Assembly: GCF_036321535.1 (NCBI RefSeq)
Contig: NC_087436.1
Location: forward strand, 51,400,001 to 51,464,000
From: Camelus dromedarius
Lineage: Eukaryota
Reading direction: 5' to 3'
Length of the DNA stretch: 64,000 nucleotides
Part shown: positions 25,545 to 43,360 of the stretch, one piece after another
Position numbering within the stretch: position 1 is the first letter of the stretch
Layout of the letters: each line of letters starts with the position of its first letter
The notes under the pieces: model-generated
The model's database searches: none
Told to the model about the DNA's origin: nothing
Seen by the model: the letters and a program-made list of their open reading frames with translations, nothing else
Translations under genes and position numbers: made by a program

Positions 25545-25780
25545 TAAAACTGTAGCAGCTACCACTCTGTGCCAGGCGCTGTTGCAAGTACTTTACATAT
25601 TTTAACTCATTTTATCCTCTCCTAAATTTGTTTTGAATACATTGTGGAAGGTACCATTTTATGGATAAGGAAATTTGGATACAGAGATTTAATAGTATAT
25701 AAAGTCATAAAAGCTACTAAGTGTAGATTCAAATCCAGGCAGTATGGCTGCTGAGTCTGATCTTTTGAACATTATACTAA
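25545..25780 (-). mobile_element. MIR
   Basis: 'ctgtgccaggcgctgttgcaagtactttacatattttaactcatttt...ccattttatggataaggaaa...gattcaaatccaggcagt'. Confidence 0.85.
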
Positions 25781-26844
25781 ATTGCTAATGACTTCTAAAA
25801 GATTTCCACACATTTTATGTAGTTTTCCCTAACATATAACATGGTTAAATGTAAGTACTATGTTTGAGAAGAGGTGCTAAAAGTGTATTTTAAAATTAAA
25901 AGAAACCAGTTCTAACTTCAGATTATCTATAACTTGGTTTTCCACTTCATGTGCAGAAAATTTTTAAGATATATCAGTGATATTTCCATTACTAGTCAAG
26001 AATAAGTAAAAAAAATACATCTTAAAATGTGGAACCAAATCAGTTTGCTGCAGAATATTTACAGTATGTCTTGGAAGAGAACATAATAAAAGTAAAGTTA
26101 AAATAAAATCTCTAGAAATCACTGTCAGAGAATTGTTCAATCCCAGGTTTTCATTATTTGAGAAGATTAATTTTTGAGAAAGCCTCTTCATAGTTCTGAT
26201 GAAATTTTATGCCTATACATATGAGTAACCTCAGAATAAGATTATTGACTATATAAAATTGATATTATTTGTTACATTGCTTGGGAGGTGTATTTAAATC
26301 AAATTTCATGATTACATTTGTTGAATATATTTATCAGTTTAATGTAATACAATACAACTGTTTCTTTATGTAGTAACGGTATGTTCTTGAAACACTAGAA
26401 GTAAATCATGATAATCCAAATGTGTGACAGGAGTTCCATATTTTATGAATATGTAGTAAGTACTTTTTTTTGAATGAAAAATTGCTTTATAAAGTAATTG
26501 ATCACTCACAATTTCGGTTAAAGGAAATCTAGCATTTAAAATAAATCATTCTTGTTAATCACAAAGTAAATGCGTAGCTATTTGGCTGAAGAATACTTTA
26601 GGTGTAATAAATAGCACAGTCGATAGCAATTCAGTTCTTTATTAGACTTTACAAATGGTAGAAATTTCAAATAACTAAAAGGTCTAACAACTTTTACTTC
26701 TAAAAGAAAATTGGCCAGTGTCATAGACCATCAGTGCCAACTTACATGGGTTGTTAAAAACCTATCTTTAAAAAGTATACTTAAATCTACTGGTTCAGGG
26801 CTGTGTAACTCATCATTTTCCCTATCTCCCTAGCATGACCCAGA

Positions 26845-26999
26845 AAGTTTAATCCAGGAATACAAAAATAGTTCAATGATATTTAATCCAGTCATTGGTT
26901 AGATGAATTATTCTAAAGAGAAAAATAATATGCTTCTTTCCATTGATCCTAAAAAGGTATTTGACAAAACTGAATATGCAGTCTTGATAAAACACCCCA
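26845..26999 (+). mobile_element. Ancient L1 ORF2 fragment (left part of the host element)
   Basis: 'tttaatccaggaatacaa...'; ORF track '[18 protein letters not shown]' corresponds to the L1 ORF2 SIDAEKAFDK region. Confidence 0.7.
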
Positions 27000-29437
27000 A
27001 GATAAAGTCAATAAATGTGATATACCACATTAACAAGATGAAGGATAAAAACCATGATCATTTCAACAGATACAGAAAAGCATTAGAAAAAATTCAACAT
27101 CCTTTTGTGATAAAAATGCTCAACAAATTAGGAGTAGATGGGATAAATCTCAACATAATAAAGGCCATTTATAACAAACCCACATCTAACATCATGCTCA
27201 ATGGTAAAAAGCTGAAAGCTTTTCCTTTAAATCAGGAATAAGACAAGGATGCCCACTCTCTCACCATTTTTATTCAACATAGTACTGGAATTCCTAGTCA
27301 GAACAATTAGGTAAGAAAAACAAATAAAAGGCATTCATATTGGAAAGGAAGAAGTAAAACTGTCACTATTTGCAGATAACACACTATGCACAGAAAAACC
27401 TAAACACTCCACCAAAAAAACTGTTAGAATTAATCAACGAATTCAGTCAAAGTCGCATGATACAAAATCATTATACAAAAAACTGTTGAATTTCAATACA
27501 CTAATAACGAACTATTAGAAATAGAAATTGAGAAAACAATCCTATTTACAACAATATCAAAAAAGAATGAAATATTCAGGAATGAATTTAACCAAGGATG
27601 TGAAAGATCTCTACACTGAAAACTCTAAAATGCTGATGAAAGAAATTGAAGATCACACAAATAAACTGAAAGATATTATGTGTTCATGTATTGGAAGAAT
27701 TAATATTGTTAAAATGTCCATATCTTCTTATATGATTCACAGATTCAATGCAATACCTATCAAAATCCTAATGAATTTTTCACAGAAATAGAAAAACAAT
27801 GTAAAAACTTTTATGGAACCACAAAATACTCTTAATGGCCAAAGAAATCTTGAAAAAGATCAAAGCTGGAGGCATCACACTTCTGATTTCAAACTATATT
27901 ACAAAGCTAGAGTAATCAAAACAGTATGTTACTGGCATAAAATCAGATACATTGATCAATGTAACCAAATAGAGAGCCCAGAAATAAATCCATGCATATA
28001 TGGTCAATTAATTCTTGACAAAAGTACAAAGAATATTCAATGAGGGAAAGGATAGTCTCTTCAATAAATGGTGTTGGGAAAACTGGGTATCTACACACAG
28101 AATAATGAAACTGAATTGCTGTCTCACATTATACACAAAAATCATCTCAAAATGAATTAAAGACTTGAATGTAAGATTTGAAACCATACAAACTCCTGGA
28201 GAAAACAGAGAGTAAGCTCCTCAAAACTGGTCTTAGCAATGAGTTTTTGGATTTGACACCAAAAGCAAAGGCAATAAAAGCAGAAATAAATGAGGCACTA
28301 CATCAAATTAAACAGCTTCTGCATAGCAAAAGAAACAATTGACAAAATGAAAAGGCAGCCTATGGAAAAGAAGAAAATCTTTGCAAACTACATATCCAAT
28401 AAGGGGTTAATAACCAAAATATTCAAGGGACTCATACAACTCAATAGCAAAAGAACCAAATAACTGAATTTAAAAATGGGCAAAGGACCTAACAGACATT
28501 TTTCTGAAGAAGACATACAAATGGTGAATAGGTGCATGAAAAGATAGATGCTCAACATTACCAATTATCAGGGAAAGCAATCCAAAACCATAATAACATA
28601 TTACCTTACATCTGTTAGGATGTCAATTATTACAAAGACAAAAATAACAAATGCTGGAAAGGATGTGAAGAAAAGGGAACCCTTGTGCACTGCTGGTGGG
28701 AATGTAAGCTGGCACAGCCACTATGGAGAGCAGTATGGAGGTTGCTCAAGAAATGAAAAGTAGAACTACTACATGATTCAGTAATCTCACTTTTGGATGT
28801 ATATCCAAAGGAAAGAAATCATTGTCATCATGTCATCATCATCTTAAAGAGATATCTGCACTCTCAGGTTCATTACAGCATTATTCATGATATGCAAGGT
28901 GTGAAAACAATCTAGATGTGACATACACCTAGAATATTACTTAGCCTTAAAAAAGAAAGAAATCTTGTCATTTGTGACAACATGAATGAACTTGAAGGCA
29001 TTATGGTAAGTGAGATAAGTCAGACAGATAAGGACAAATGCTGCACAGTATCACTTATATGGAATCCAAAAACAAAGTGGAGTTCATAGAAACAGAGTAG
29101 AACAATAGTTGCCAGGAGCTGGGAGCTGTAGGGAGAATGAGGAGGAGTTGGTAAAAGTGTACAAACTTTCAGTTAAGAGATGAATAAGGTCTGAGGGTCT
29201 AATGTATAACATGGTGACCATAATTGCTAACACTGTATAGTACAATTTAAACTTGCTAAGAGAGTAGATCTTATGTGCTCTCACAGACATGGAAAGTAAA
29301 TATGTGAGGTAACAGATGTGTTAATTAGCTGGATTGTCAGAATCCTTCCACAGTGCGAGTATATATCAAATCATCACGTTGTACACTTTAAATATATTAC
29401 AGTTTTGTCAACTGTACCTCAATAAAGCTGAAAAAAA
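27000..29437 (+). mobile_element. 5'-truncated L1MA9-like LINE-1 (disabled ORF2, 3' UTR, polyA)
   Basis: ORF2 pieces [23 protein letters not shown] (27362-), [18 protein letters not shown], with several stops and frameshifts; 3' UTR 'cttgctaagagagtagatctt'; AATAAA at 29421 and A-run 29431-29437. Confidence 0.93.
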
Positions 29438-30625
29438 TAAGTAAGGTATCAGTGTCAATACACATAACTGGATTGCTGCTATTAAATATAAATAACTTGT
29501 CATAATATACAGATGAAGACAGAATTTATAACTGCAACAAACAAACAGGTGCTGAGGAATAAACTTAACAAAAATGAGCAAAACAAAGAAAAATATAAAA
29601 CTATCCTTAAGGCATGAAAGAAAACATGACGATAAATGGAATGACATACTGTGGTTTTTAGAGGAAGACTTAACATCATAAGGATGTCAATTAGCTCTTA
29701 AATTCATTTATAAATAAAAGCAATCCCATTAGTACTTTACTTTTCAGAATCACACAAGGTTTTTCTAAAGGTTGGAAGAAAAAATTAACAAGAACATTCA
29801 ACAAAATTTTCAAAAAAAAAGAGCAATGGAAGGAGGGGAAATAGTCTTATCAGATCAATACACATAATGAGTCACTTACTAATAGAAAGAGAGAGCAATA
29901 GAACAGAACAACAACAAAAAGTACAGAAACTGACCAGACTACACACGGATATTTATTGTGTGCAAGTGGTGGCACAGCAAATCAGTGGGAAAAAATGAAC
30001 TAGGAATTGTTGGGACTATTAGGCATCCATTTGGAAAAAAACCCTAATAGATCTGAACTTCACTCCTTAAACCATGATAAATTCCAAGTAGATAAATGAT
30101 TTACACATAAACTTTAAAGTTATGAGAGAAAGATGGTAGCTTTTTAAAATAATCTCTTCAATAATCTAACATTGACACAAAATCTATAAACAACAAAGAG
30201 AAATGATTGATGAATTTAGCAACACAAAAATGTTAAATTACTTCATAAACAAAAAATGTTAAGTAAACTTAAATGACAAAGAGACACTGGGAAAAACTTT
30301 TAACAATTGATATTACAGACAAAGTGCTAGTTTTCCTGAAAATCTAGATGATAACAGTCCAGCAACAACAGCAAAAAGGACAGAGAATATTAAGTTTTTA
30401 TAGAAAATGACACACAACTCTTTGATAACGTATGAAAAATGTTAAATCTTATTCATAATAAGAGAAGAGAGATACCCCTCTACCTTTGTGAAAATGGCAA
30501 AATTCTAGAAGTTGATCATTCATAGCAAGAAAATGAGTGACTCTTCTCCACTGACTTGTAAAGAAATGAATAACTGCGTCAGGTATGAAGGGCAATCTGG
30601 CAATTTTCATCAAAATACATATGTT
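29438..30625 (+). mobile_element. Ancient, highly diverged L1 ORF2 (right part of the host element)
   Basis: 'ggaataaacttaacaaaa', 'ggaagacttaacatcataaggatgtcaatt', 'aatcagtgggaaaaaatga', 'aattccaagtagat', 'ggcaatctggcaat'. Confidence 0.8.
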
Positions 30626-32771
30626 TATTTATATATTTACATAATATAATTTACATATATGTAAATATATACATTAGAAGACCCTAAGAAGGCAGCAATC
30701 AAAATCATTTTGACAAATGAGATTTTGTTTTAACGACCTAACTGAAGTAGCACATTTTACATCATTTATTGACTTTCTCTACGATTTTCTCTCAGCTTTC
30801 ATGTCTTCTTGAAAACAACTTACTCTTTAAAAATGCTGATAATTGACTCTATGAAAAGTAAACATTTAATAGCAGTGTGAGTCATTTGGAGCTTTTCAAT
30901 AAGAGCCAGGTAGTTTTCCTACTCAGAACAATAAAGGGTTGTTTTCTGTTCTTTGTCTTTCTGGATTATACCCACAGCTTTATTGGCTTCCTTTGAAATA
31001 ATTTATACAAATTAACTTTACGTGGCCAAAAACCAGTGCTATACAATTTTAAATGCTACCAGAGGCAGTCTTTTTTTTTTTCTCTTTTTAAAACAGCCTT
31101 TGCTACAGAGAGATACATCGATGTTACCACTTTTTTCAAAGATAAGATTTTTACATCGGCTATTATCTTGCAAACATGTACTTTATTTCTTCTTGTCTCA
31201 TATGTCACAGGTATATTGAGTTTTCATTTTACAAAACTGATTGTGCCCAATATTTTCATTACTGATTCTTTTTGCATGTCCTATACTCTGATGATTCACC
31301 AAAAAGATAATAAGATGCAAAAGACATGTTATTCCAAACATAATTATATACCAGCCTCTTTGCCAAGTGATAGCTACCAAGTTTGCATTAAGAAAGCTAA
31401 ACCTTGAAGGAACAATGATTCATTACACTGATAAAAACAAATGTCACAGTATCTCAGTTTTTGAAATTTGGTGATGTCAGTTAGATGTGACATAAATTTC
31501 AGTGTTTCCAAGGAATGTATTGCACCTAAGTCTGTATTTCAATAGGAAAGATATTTTAAGCAGAATTCTGTGTTCTGGGTCATTAAATAAGAAAATTAAT
31601 GAAACATAATGACATTTTTATTGTGGTCAAGCCGTTATAATTTTTTTAATTGGAAAGAAATAGAGTAAACTGTAAGAATTTATGGTTATTATCATCTGAG
31701 TTCATTCAGCATATTTAAACAATATAACCAAAAAGAAGCTTTCTACCTGCCTTGGAAGCTCTCTAAACCTGTAAGTATTTAATCAGGTGCTAAGTCTACA
31801 TGTCAAGAATACTTGGGAGCAAAAACATTGGGAGAAAAGTTAGACAAGAGGATGGTCTACAAGGAGTAACAATAATATTAAGTACTTACTATATTCCAGG
31901 CACGTGGTATACATTATCGTATGTATTCATACCTATAGAATTTATAGGTTGATATCTCTCCCCCTAGAATTTAATATTATGAAGGCAGGGATTTGGTCTA
32001 TTCTGTTCACTGGAATATTTCTTAGGTCTCAGTTTGCTCAGTTGTAAAATGACTGGGCTGAGTTGTGTGACCTTAGAGGGATTCTCTGCTTTAAAATGTT
32101 GTGATTCTAAAAATAAAGCCCATCATTTTTTTGACCTGGAATTACAAAACTGAGTAAATGGAGTCACTAGTGTTTCACTGTTTACTTTTGTTCAAAAGTA
32201 CCTATTTTATCTTCTCTTCTATTATAACTTTCAAAACTGTTTTAGAAATGTTTCTTTAAAACTAAATTTTAATACTTTGTATTTTTCATTGGGATTCATT
32301 GGAATTCAAGAAAGAAATACTCAATTTTTTGGTAAATGCATATTCATCTTTATGCACATTAGACAGAATCATCTATTTTAAAAATAGCAATTCTTATAAT
32401 AGCTCTATTATTTTTCTTTAAGAAAAATGGAGAAACAATAGAAGTGAATCATTTTTGCCAGGGATAAGATTTTTGGCTGAAATGGCCATGGGTCTGACTC
32501 AGTATGGGAATTCATGTGATCTTCTTGATGTAAGGTCAGAAGATACATGAAAAAAAGAAATGAGAGGAACTACTTCATTTGGTTTGAAAATCATTAGATT
32601 TTTCAAAATTGCCATTCTGGTCCTCAAATTGACTTAAGAGCCAATAAGGCAGAGGAATGGGTTGTATCACAGAAATATCTTAATTTTATAAGTAACAACA
32701 GAGTGTATGATCAAAGGATGCAAATAACAGCACTTAATGACTGCAGTGACAAGAACAATTTTAGGGCTAAT

Positions 32772-33115
32772 TTGTGTCACAAGAGCTGTCCAAAATATTT
32801 TGATGCTCCTCCTTTTGGGCACATCAGAAAGCAGGACTATGCTTCTCCCTCCTCTTTGAGATAGGCTTGGGTATGTGGCTTGCTCTGTCAGGAAGTTTTA
32901 AGAGCCACTGTGTGATTCACCATATTCCCTTCCTCCGGAGGGAGGAAGCATGGAAATATGAGCTGTGATGGGGTCTGCCAGCCTGGGTCCTCAGTGACTT
33001 TGACGAGCAGAGGTCCCTGGCCTAAGCTACATTCAGTGTGCAGTGCAGGTGAGTGTGGTTTTAAGCCACTGAGAATGTGGTGTTGCCTCTTATTGCAGCT
33101 AGCCCAGCCAGCACT
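32772..33115 (+). mobile_element. MLT1I/J-like solo LTR
   Basis: 'gaagttttaagagccactgtgtgattcaccat', 'cagcctgggtcc', 'gttttaagccactgaga'. Confidence 0.8.
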
Positions 33116-34371
33116 TCTTAGAATCCAAAGACTCTCTCCATCCTTGACTACATGCATCAATCTTGATTAAATGCACAAACTCCTCATGATTTTCACAACA
33201 CTAAAGTAATCTGACTCTCTGATTCACAATATTTCCTGATTCATAAAATGATTAATTTTACAGTAGAAATAAATTGAATATTGCATGCTACAAAATAATC
33301 CTACCCTAAATATTCCAGTGTGCAAGATTCAGGTTGCATATAAAGACTCTGATACAACTAAATCTTTAAAAAATTGCACCCATGAAGAAAGCCTGTTTTT
33401 ACTAAGCTTGCAGACAGTTTATTTTATTAACACCATTACTCTTGAAGAATAAGCTTTTCAAAAGCATTAATTATAAAACTAAATAAATCTCAGAGATAAA
33501 ATTTCATGATATCATACAAATTATATGGCATTCTAGTGAGAATCAAATGAAACTTGGAGTTGACAATTAAAAGGTGATGTTTATCTGGCATGTGAAGGGA
33601 ATAAACCTGGATTCTTTCCTACCCGAATTTTCCATTTTAGAAATATTAACACTTCAAAAGAGAAAATTGCCAAATCAACATTTTACTTTGGCTGGAAAAT
33701 TAAAGAAAATTTTAGGATGCCAAATCTACAGGTACTCACTGAATTAAACATTCCATTAAAATGACTAAAATAAAATACCTTCAGCCATCTTTTTATACAT
33801 TATTTGTGTACACTCTGTGCCAGCATTAATCTGAATCCTGGATAATTCAATATTTCCCCAGTTCACAGGAAAGTCTCAGACTCTGAAGATTAGTTTAGAA
33901 AATGGAGAAAGCTACCACCCTACTCTCTGCATCTTGTGTTATTACTATTGATTTTCCCTGTGGCATTGAAGTATGGATCCAGAGACAGCCACGCTGTACT
34001 TAGAATACTAAAAAGAGCCAGCAAAGAGCAATATCTCTAATTCACTGTTTATGACCACGGATACTTGAGACCTTTGGACACAACGAGTACCTGAGATGTT
34101 TCTTTAAATGCTCTTCAGTGCTAGTTTATATACATAACAGGTGCTGAAAAATTATTTACTGAATAAATTAATGTCTTCCCTGAATCTTTCCATTGTTTGG
34201 GGAAGATATATTGTATAAAAATGTCTTTGAGAAAAGACTTTCTGGAAAAAGGCCTCCAAGAAAGAACAGCATATCTGAATAAGGAAATTGCCAGAGAAAA
34301 AGAATACAAGTTATCAAACACCGTTAGTGGTTATAATCAGTCATTGGTTCTATTCTAATTATAACAAGGTG

Positions 34372-34770
34372 TGCACATTCATTTATGAACTGAATAAATA
34401 CTGATCAATCACTTGCCACATCTAGACCTGTGCTCATTCCTAAGGATAAAGGGCAGAAAGGGTAATGGTCTTCAAGGAGCTTAGAACCTTTCAGAAAAGC
34501 CAGTAAATAAAAGAAGTCGTAACAGTTACATCTAACATCTGAGTGTTACTGCCAGCCCCTGGTAAAAGTACTTTTAATGTATGATCTACCTGAATCCTCA
34601 CAATAGTTGTACAAAGCAGGTTCTATTATTAGCATTGCCATTTTACAGATGAGAAAACTGAAATGCAGGAGAACGGCCTCTGGACAAATAACTAGTAAGA
34701 GGCAGAGTCAAGTTCAGAGCAATGGCAGTCAGCCCGCACAGTTCTAACGTTCAGTAACCAACTGTAATGA
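34372..34770 (-). mobile_element. L2 3' end followed by a MIR
   Basis: 'cattcatttat...aaatactga...tcaaggagctta', then 'gaatcctcacaa...ccattttacagatgagaaaactga'. Confidence 0.75.
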
Positions 34771-37281
34771 CCGCAGCACTGGGGGAGACACAGGGATCTT
34801 GTGCTCTCACTTGTGGTAAGCACGGCTTAGTCTAGTCTTAGACTAGAACTCGTCTTTAGTCTGGGATCTGATGGACTTAGCCAGGTGAATATTTCATATC
34901 ACTGGTTCTCAATTTGAATAAAAGGAAAAAGTAGTTAGCTAAACATGTTTAACTGACAATCTAAATGTTATCTCCAAAACCACTTATATACTTTATTTTA
35001 AAAAATCTTAGATGGGTGCTCTCATTAATATGGGAGTAACTGCTTGTGAGGTCAGCATTTCCTCATATGTATTTTGAAGAATTTTCTGTGAACATCCCTG
35101 CAAATGGGTTTACAATGAAGCAGATTCTCCCCACTACAAGCCTTGCCCCTGGTGTCTCTCTCTTATGCTGAAACAGTTAGGGAGCCACGTTTATTCTTTC
35201 TGGCCTGTAGGCTACCAATGAGCATCCTGCACCTAAATGTTTCAGTTTTTTAGAGACTGTGTTATCAAGATGAAGGTCTCATAAGAGAAAAAGTCAGCAC
35301 CGTCAGGGGTAGTCTGGAATCTTGGTAAGGTGTAACATGAGATCTACGGTTTAAAGTATATTAGACATAGGGTCACGTAACATTACTGTGAACTAATCAT
35401 AGACAAAACAAAGGCTTAAGAAAATCACATTTCCTTCTCATATCTCACTCTGGGTTGAACCCAAGGAAGGGACAACCAGATTTTACTGATTTTCCCTTGC
35501 CAGCTGTTTGCTTTTTTCTACGCCAACATTATCTATCAGGGGAACATGGTGGGGTCATCAGTAATTTCCCAAGTGGGGACTGTGGAGGCTGGCTGGAAGG
35601 CTGCGTAAACACTTTAGGCAGAAGTTCAATACAGTGTATGCGCTGAGCCCTACCCTGCCTTTCCCATTCTAATTAATTAAAATGGCAAGCTGCACAGGCC
35701 AAGATGACTTTCTCAAAGTCAATATTCATCTAAAATGAGGCAAACAAGGTTTCGTTTCCAGTTTTGTTTGCTTGGCCGTGGCCGTTATCCCCTGCCTCAG
35801 AGTCTGCGGTGGCAATGGGGTAAAGATATCATAAAATGATAAAACTGGGGACTGCTCATTTCTGAAACTGTTCCCACAGCTAACTTATTTTACGTTTCCC
35901 ACTCCTGACTCTTCTAGGTAATCCTTAAATATTCTAGCCATATTTCCCTAAACAGTTGCCAAACTTTCTTTCCTCAACTATTCTAAGACTGTCTCCATAC
36001 TCCTAAAACTCCAGTCCCTCATACTGTACTTTCCTATAAGAGTATCAAGAGGCATGGTAGCTATTTCTTCAATTCCTTATACGGCCAGTTCCTCTAAACC
36101 CCACAACAGCCCCGTGGGATAACAGTGTCTGACCGCAGCAGGGATTCCACAGGAAGTCCAATCAGGTGGAACAGCAGGAACCAAGTGAGGAAACGGAGGC
36201 CAAGAGAGATGAGCTAATTTACCCGAGGCCACATAGCTAGTAAATTCCTTTAAAACTCAAGACTTTTTAACTTAAAAGGCAGGGCTCACTGTTCTTCCTC
36301 TCTAATATAACAATATATTCCTGTACCGTCTTACTTTAAATCACCCTTCTCTGTTCCTATTCCAGACCTAGAGTAACGCAAAGGCAAAGAAGGCATCTTA
36401 GTGAAGCTATTTTAGCATCTAAAACTATTCTAGACAAATAACTGGCTGTAAATACACACTCCTTTCATGACGGCTTAGTGGGAGAAGTGATGGATTTTGC
36501 TGACCTCTGATTATATTCATTTGAAAATTATCATGATAGAGAAAGTCTGAAATGGTCCCTACCTTCAGTTTCGCTGACTGAGAAAGGGGGAACACCACCA
36601 CTCTCTGACCACCTACTCTACCCACTAAGGAAAATCTGTTTCCAGTCCATCCATAGTAATAACAGGGTGTCTATTTCATTCAACAGTATAATTCTCTAAA
36701 TTCTACCTACACTTGTATGCTTAGCTCAAATAAATTTGGACACCAAATTCAATGAGAGGGATTGTTTCCTATTCAAATGGCTATTTGCCTCAGCAAAATG
36801 TTATTAGGAGAAAAACTTTAAGGAATTTGTAAATATTTTATAGTATCTGGAATGGATGGCAGTGTGTTATAAAATTGCTAGCTTTTAATAATCTACTAGT
36901 TCACATAACATCTGTCAAGATACATTTAGCTACCCACACTAATCAAATATCTGAAACTTTACTCCTATCAATAAGCTTCTCATTATGCCAACTTTTAAAT
37001 TAATTCATAACTAGTTGTCTAAGCATTTTCATTAGCCAAAGACACAGTTTCCTTCCAATTCACTTATACTAGCAAATGATAAAATACAAACTCCATATAT
37101 ATTTCAGATGACTTCACTTTCTAGTTTGATTTTTCCCCCAGATCTTTGCATTTCCATTCCTTCAAGGTCAAGTATAGAGAAGGATATAGTTTGGGACCCT
37201 GTTTTCTGTATTTTGATCCAATTCCCAGAGAAGGTGGGGCATCTAATCTTTATCAAATACAAGATAAAGATGAAGATAAAA

Positions 37282-40472
<3,191 letters not shown>

Positions 40473-42227
40473 AAGATAAAATCTTAGTCACATCTAAGCA
40501 TACTGAGAACAGTCTGTGTTGGAGGCAGCTCTCCTTCCAATGAGCTCAAATCTCAGACATTATCTCAGAACAGGTTTCCTTGTCTGTTTTCAGAAACCTT
40601 CAACAGACACACACGTCAGAAAAGGGACATCGTCTCCCATCTATTCTCTATGGCCACTATCACCTTTGGGTGTTTCCATTCTCAATAAAATTTTAGCATC
40701 ACATCATTTTCAGAAGATTCTTTCATTATTTTGCAGTCAGTTTCTCTCTTGCTTTTTCATAGGTAAGAGTTTTATCTATTTAGATCTTTCTCTCACTGCC
40801 TCCTACGTAAGAAATTTTCTAGCATTTTCATGCTATATTGAAGGAAGACTCCTTACTGACTTTTGTTTTTCTCTGTAATTCTCTGCAGTTTAAAAATTTG
40901 CCATTTTGTATTCAAATTGGTCTCATTTTCTTCTTCAGCAGTGCCCTGTAGTTATGTTCTCAGAAGCACAGACCCCACCCATCGCTCTGTTACTTCTCTG
41001 GCTACTTTTCAGTGGGGCATCCTGTCACACTCAACTCTGCGAAGCTGCATGGCACCCGGCCCAATCCTGAAAGGTCCTTTCTTTCTGCTGGTACACTCCA
41101 CACTCTGCAGTCTACTTGTGACCCTCCATTTTGCCCATTAAAAAAAAAAAAGCAACTTTTCTGTACAATTCTACTTCATACCTGAATTTTTCTACGTAGA
41201 CCTAAATCCATTCAAAACCTCCTTGAAAGCATCAGTAACATTAGAATGCCATTTCTGCAGTCACACAGCAATGTTCTTTACATGTTGTGCCTAACTTGAA
41301 TATACGGTTTTCATCCTGTGGCTGTTTAACAGTTGCTCTGCAAATGCCTCCTAGCAATTTTGAGGCTTCCCTATATACTTATTTTAACATTTGTCATGTA
41401 TCATTCGATTCCCAAAGGTTAAATCCAATTGTTCCTTGCTGGCAATTTGAATTGCAGTAAATGTATCTTTTGACATAATTCCCAGTGAATTATTGATGCC
41501 GCCATCCGCTCCCCCATATAGTCTCCTGTGTGGGGATTCCTTCTTATTATCTGTGTGTCTTACACTGACATAAAATTGTTGTTTCAAAGGCTGTGTGAAT
41601 TTTCTCCCTCCTTCAGAGTCTCATGCTTACCAAGCATTCCCCTTCCTTCCATGCCAGGCCACTGCCAGGCCCATCCCATCTCCCGCTTTCTCCAATGCTA
41701 TGTCTCTACAGCCGGCGCTTGAAAACAGCTAAGTTTCATGCTTTTGTATCTTACTCTGAATCACCCTAAAAGTCCTTTGTTTCTACACTTTCAGACACAA
41801 AGGACTGCTTAATTTTAACTTCACTCCTCCCAACAATGCTCTTTATTTTATTTCCCCAGTTACTTTTCACGCTAACTACTCAGCACAGTCCTTTCCTCAC
41901 GAGTGACAATTGATTTAAGGTTTAAATCAAGAAGTGGCACATAAGAATGGAATTCAGACAGTCTGGGACAGGAAGCTTGTTCCATTATATGTGAGCTATG
42001 TGACTGTAAAACTTTCAGAGTAACGACGTCTTGTTCAGTAAAATGACAAAATAAGGGTAATTACAAAGATCCTGTGAGTGTACGGATTTTAACATCCTTT
42101 TCTCTGAATACCTACTCCATACCTGATCCTCAGTTTGATGAAATCTATCACTCTCTCCTGTGTGCAGCCCTGTGCCCCGTAAGTTTTCTAGAACCACCCT
42201 GACACCACTGTATTCTAACTATTTCTC

Positions 42228-42480
42228 TAGAGGCAGTGAAGTGACTGTGAATGGGAATTCTCCAGTCATAATCTTGAGCATGAATCCTAGTTCTACATTG
42301 TTGAATCTCCTTTGTAATTTTGTTGGACTCTCTGTGTCTCAGTTTTCTCATCTATAAAATGAGGAATGCAATAACACCTACATCCTATGATAGTTGTAAG
42401 AATAAATTATCTTTTAATGCATGTAAAGCACTTAACATAACGTCTGGCACATAGTAACTGCTTAGTAAAAACTATGACTG
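42228..42480 (+). mobile_element. Near full-length MIR
   Basis: 'tgaatcctagttctac...ctctgtgtctcagttttctcatctataaaatgagga...gtaaagcacttaacataacgtctggcacatagtaa'. Confidence 0.9.
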
Positions 42481-43135
42481 TCATTCAACGGTAATCTCTT
42501 CATGGCAACATTTCAGATCCACCCATTTAGTTCTTCCTAGCAGCAAGCATATTATCTAGAATATAATAAGTGCTCAATTAATGTTTCATCAGTGGGACTA
42601 AATTGAGTAAAAGCATCTAGAATGTTCTGTGGTTCATGTACAGAACTTGGCAAAGGTTTGTTTTCCTTGTGATAAGTTTATAACAAGCACTGTTATCTGG
42701 ATTTGAAGAAAGTCTGTCATAGAAAAGCAGAGTGTATTTGTAGCCTGTTAACTGGAATTCAAGTGTACTGAAGCCCACGTGTTCTCCATGCCAGGCTCAG
42801 CTACACTGCCTCGGGAGACGACTCCAGGTCTTGAGCCCACATCTTGGCTAATGGTCAATACTTCTTATCTTTGACAATGTTTTCACGTCAGGTTGACTGT
42901 GGTTGGCAGTCTGAAGTGTGTCTGAGATCGCCTGAGGTTCCAGTCTACTTCTAAATCAAAGACTAATGAAATGTCATTCAATAAAAATAAATAAGCCTTT
43001 GATATACAAATGGCAAGCGATTTGTTTTCCTCCTATCTACTCTTTGAGAAGCTTTCAGAAATTCAAATAATTGCATTAACCACATTCCACACTAACCAGT
43101 CTCTATGATGTCTCTCACTTCGAGATTAAATAATC

Positions 43136-43172
43136 TATTATTATTATTGTTGTTATTGTTATTATTATTTAA
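43136..43172. repeat. (TTA/TTG)n trinucleotide tract
   Basis: Visible directly in the sequence. Confidence 0.8.
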
Positions 43173-43327
43173 ATTACGCACTTGTAGTCCAACTATTACT
43201 TTCCTAAGTAACAAGCTCTTGCTTTGGTTCCTGGAATCAAAAGGAAGCCTAATAAACATTTCCTAAAACCAAAATCAAGTACTCATTTAAACATTTTCCT
43301 TATATCATGACCACTGTTTTGTAAATA

Positions 43328-43360
43328 AGGAGGAGGAAGAGGAGGAAGAGGAGGAAGAGA
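43328..43360. repeat. (GAGGAGGAA)n purine tract
   Basis: 'aggaggaggaagaggaggaagaggaggaagaga'. Confidence 0.85.

Noticed and set aside
34831..34847. Palindrome tctagtct-t-agactaga
   Set aside because: 8-bp arms are expected by chance in 64 kb.
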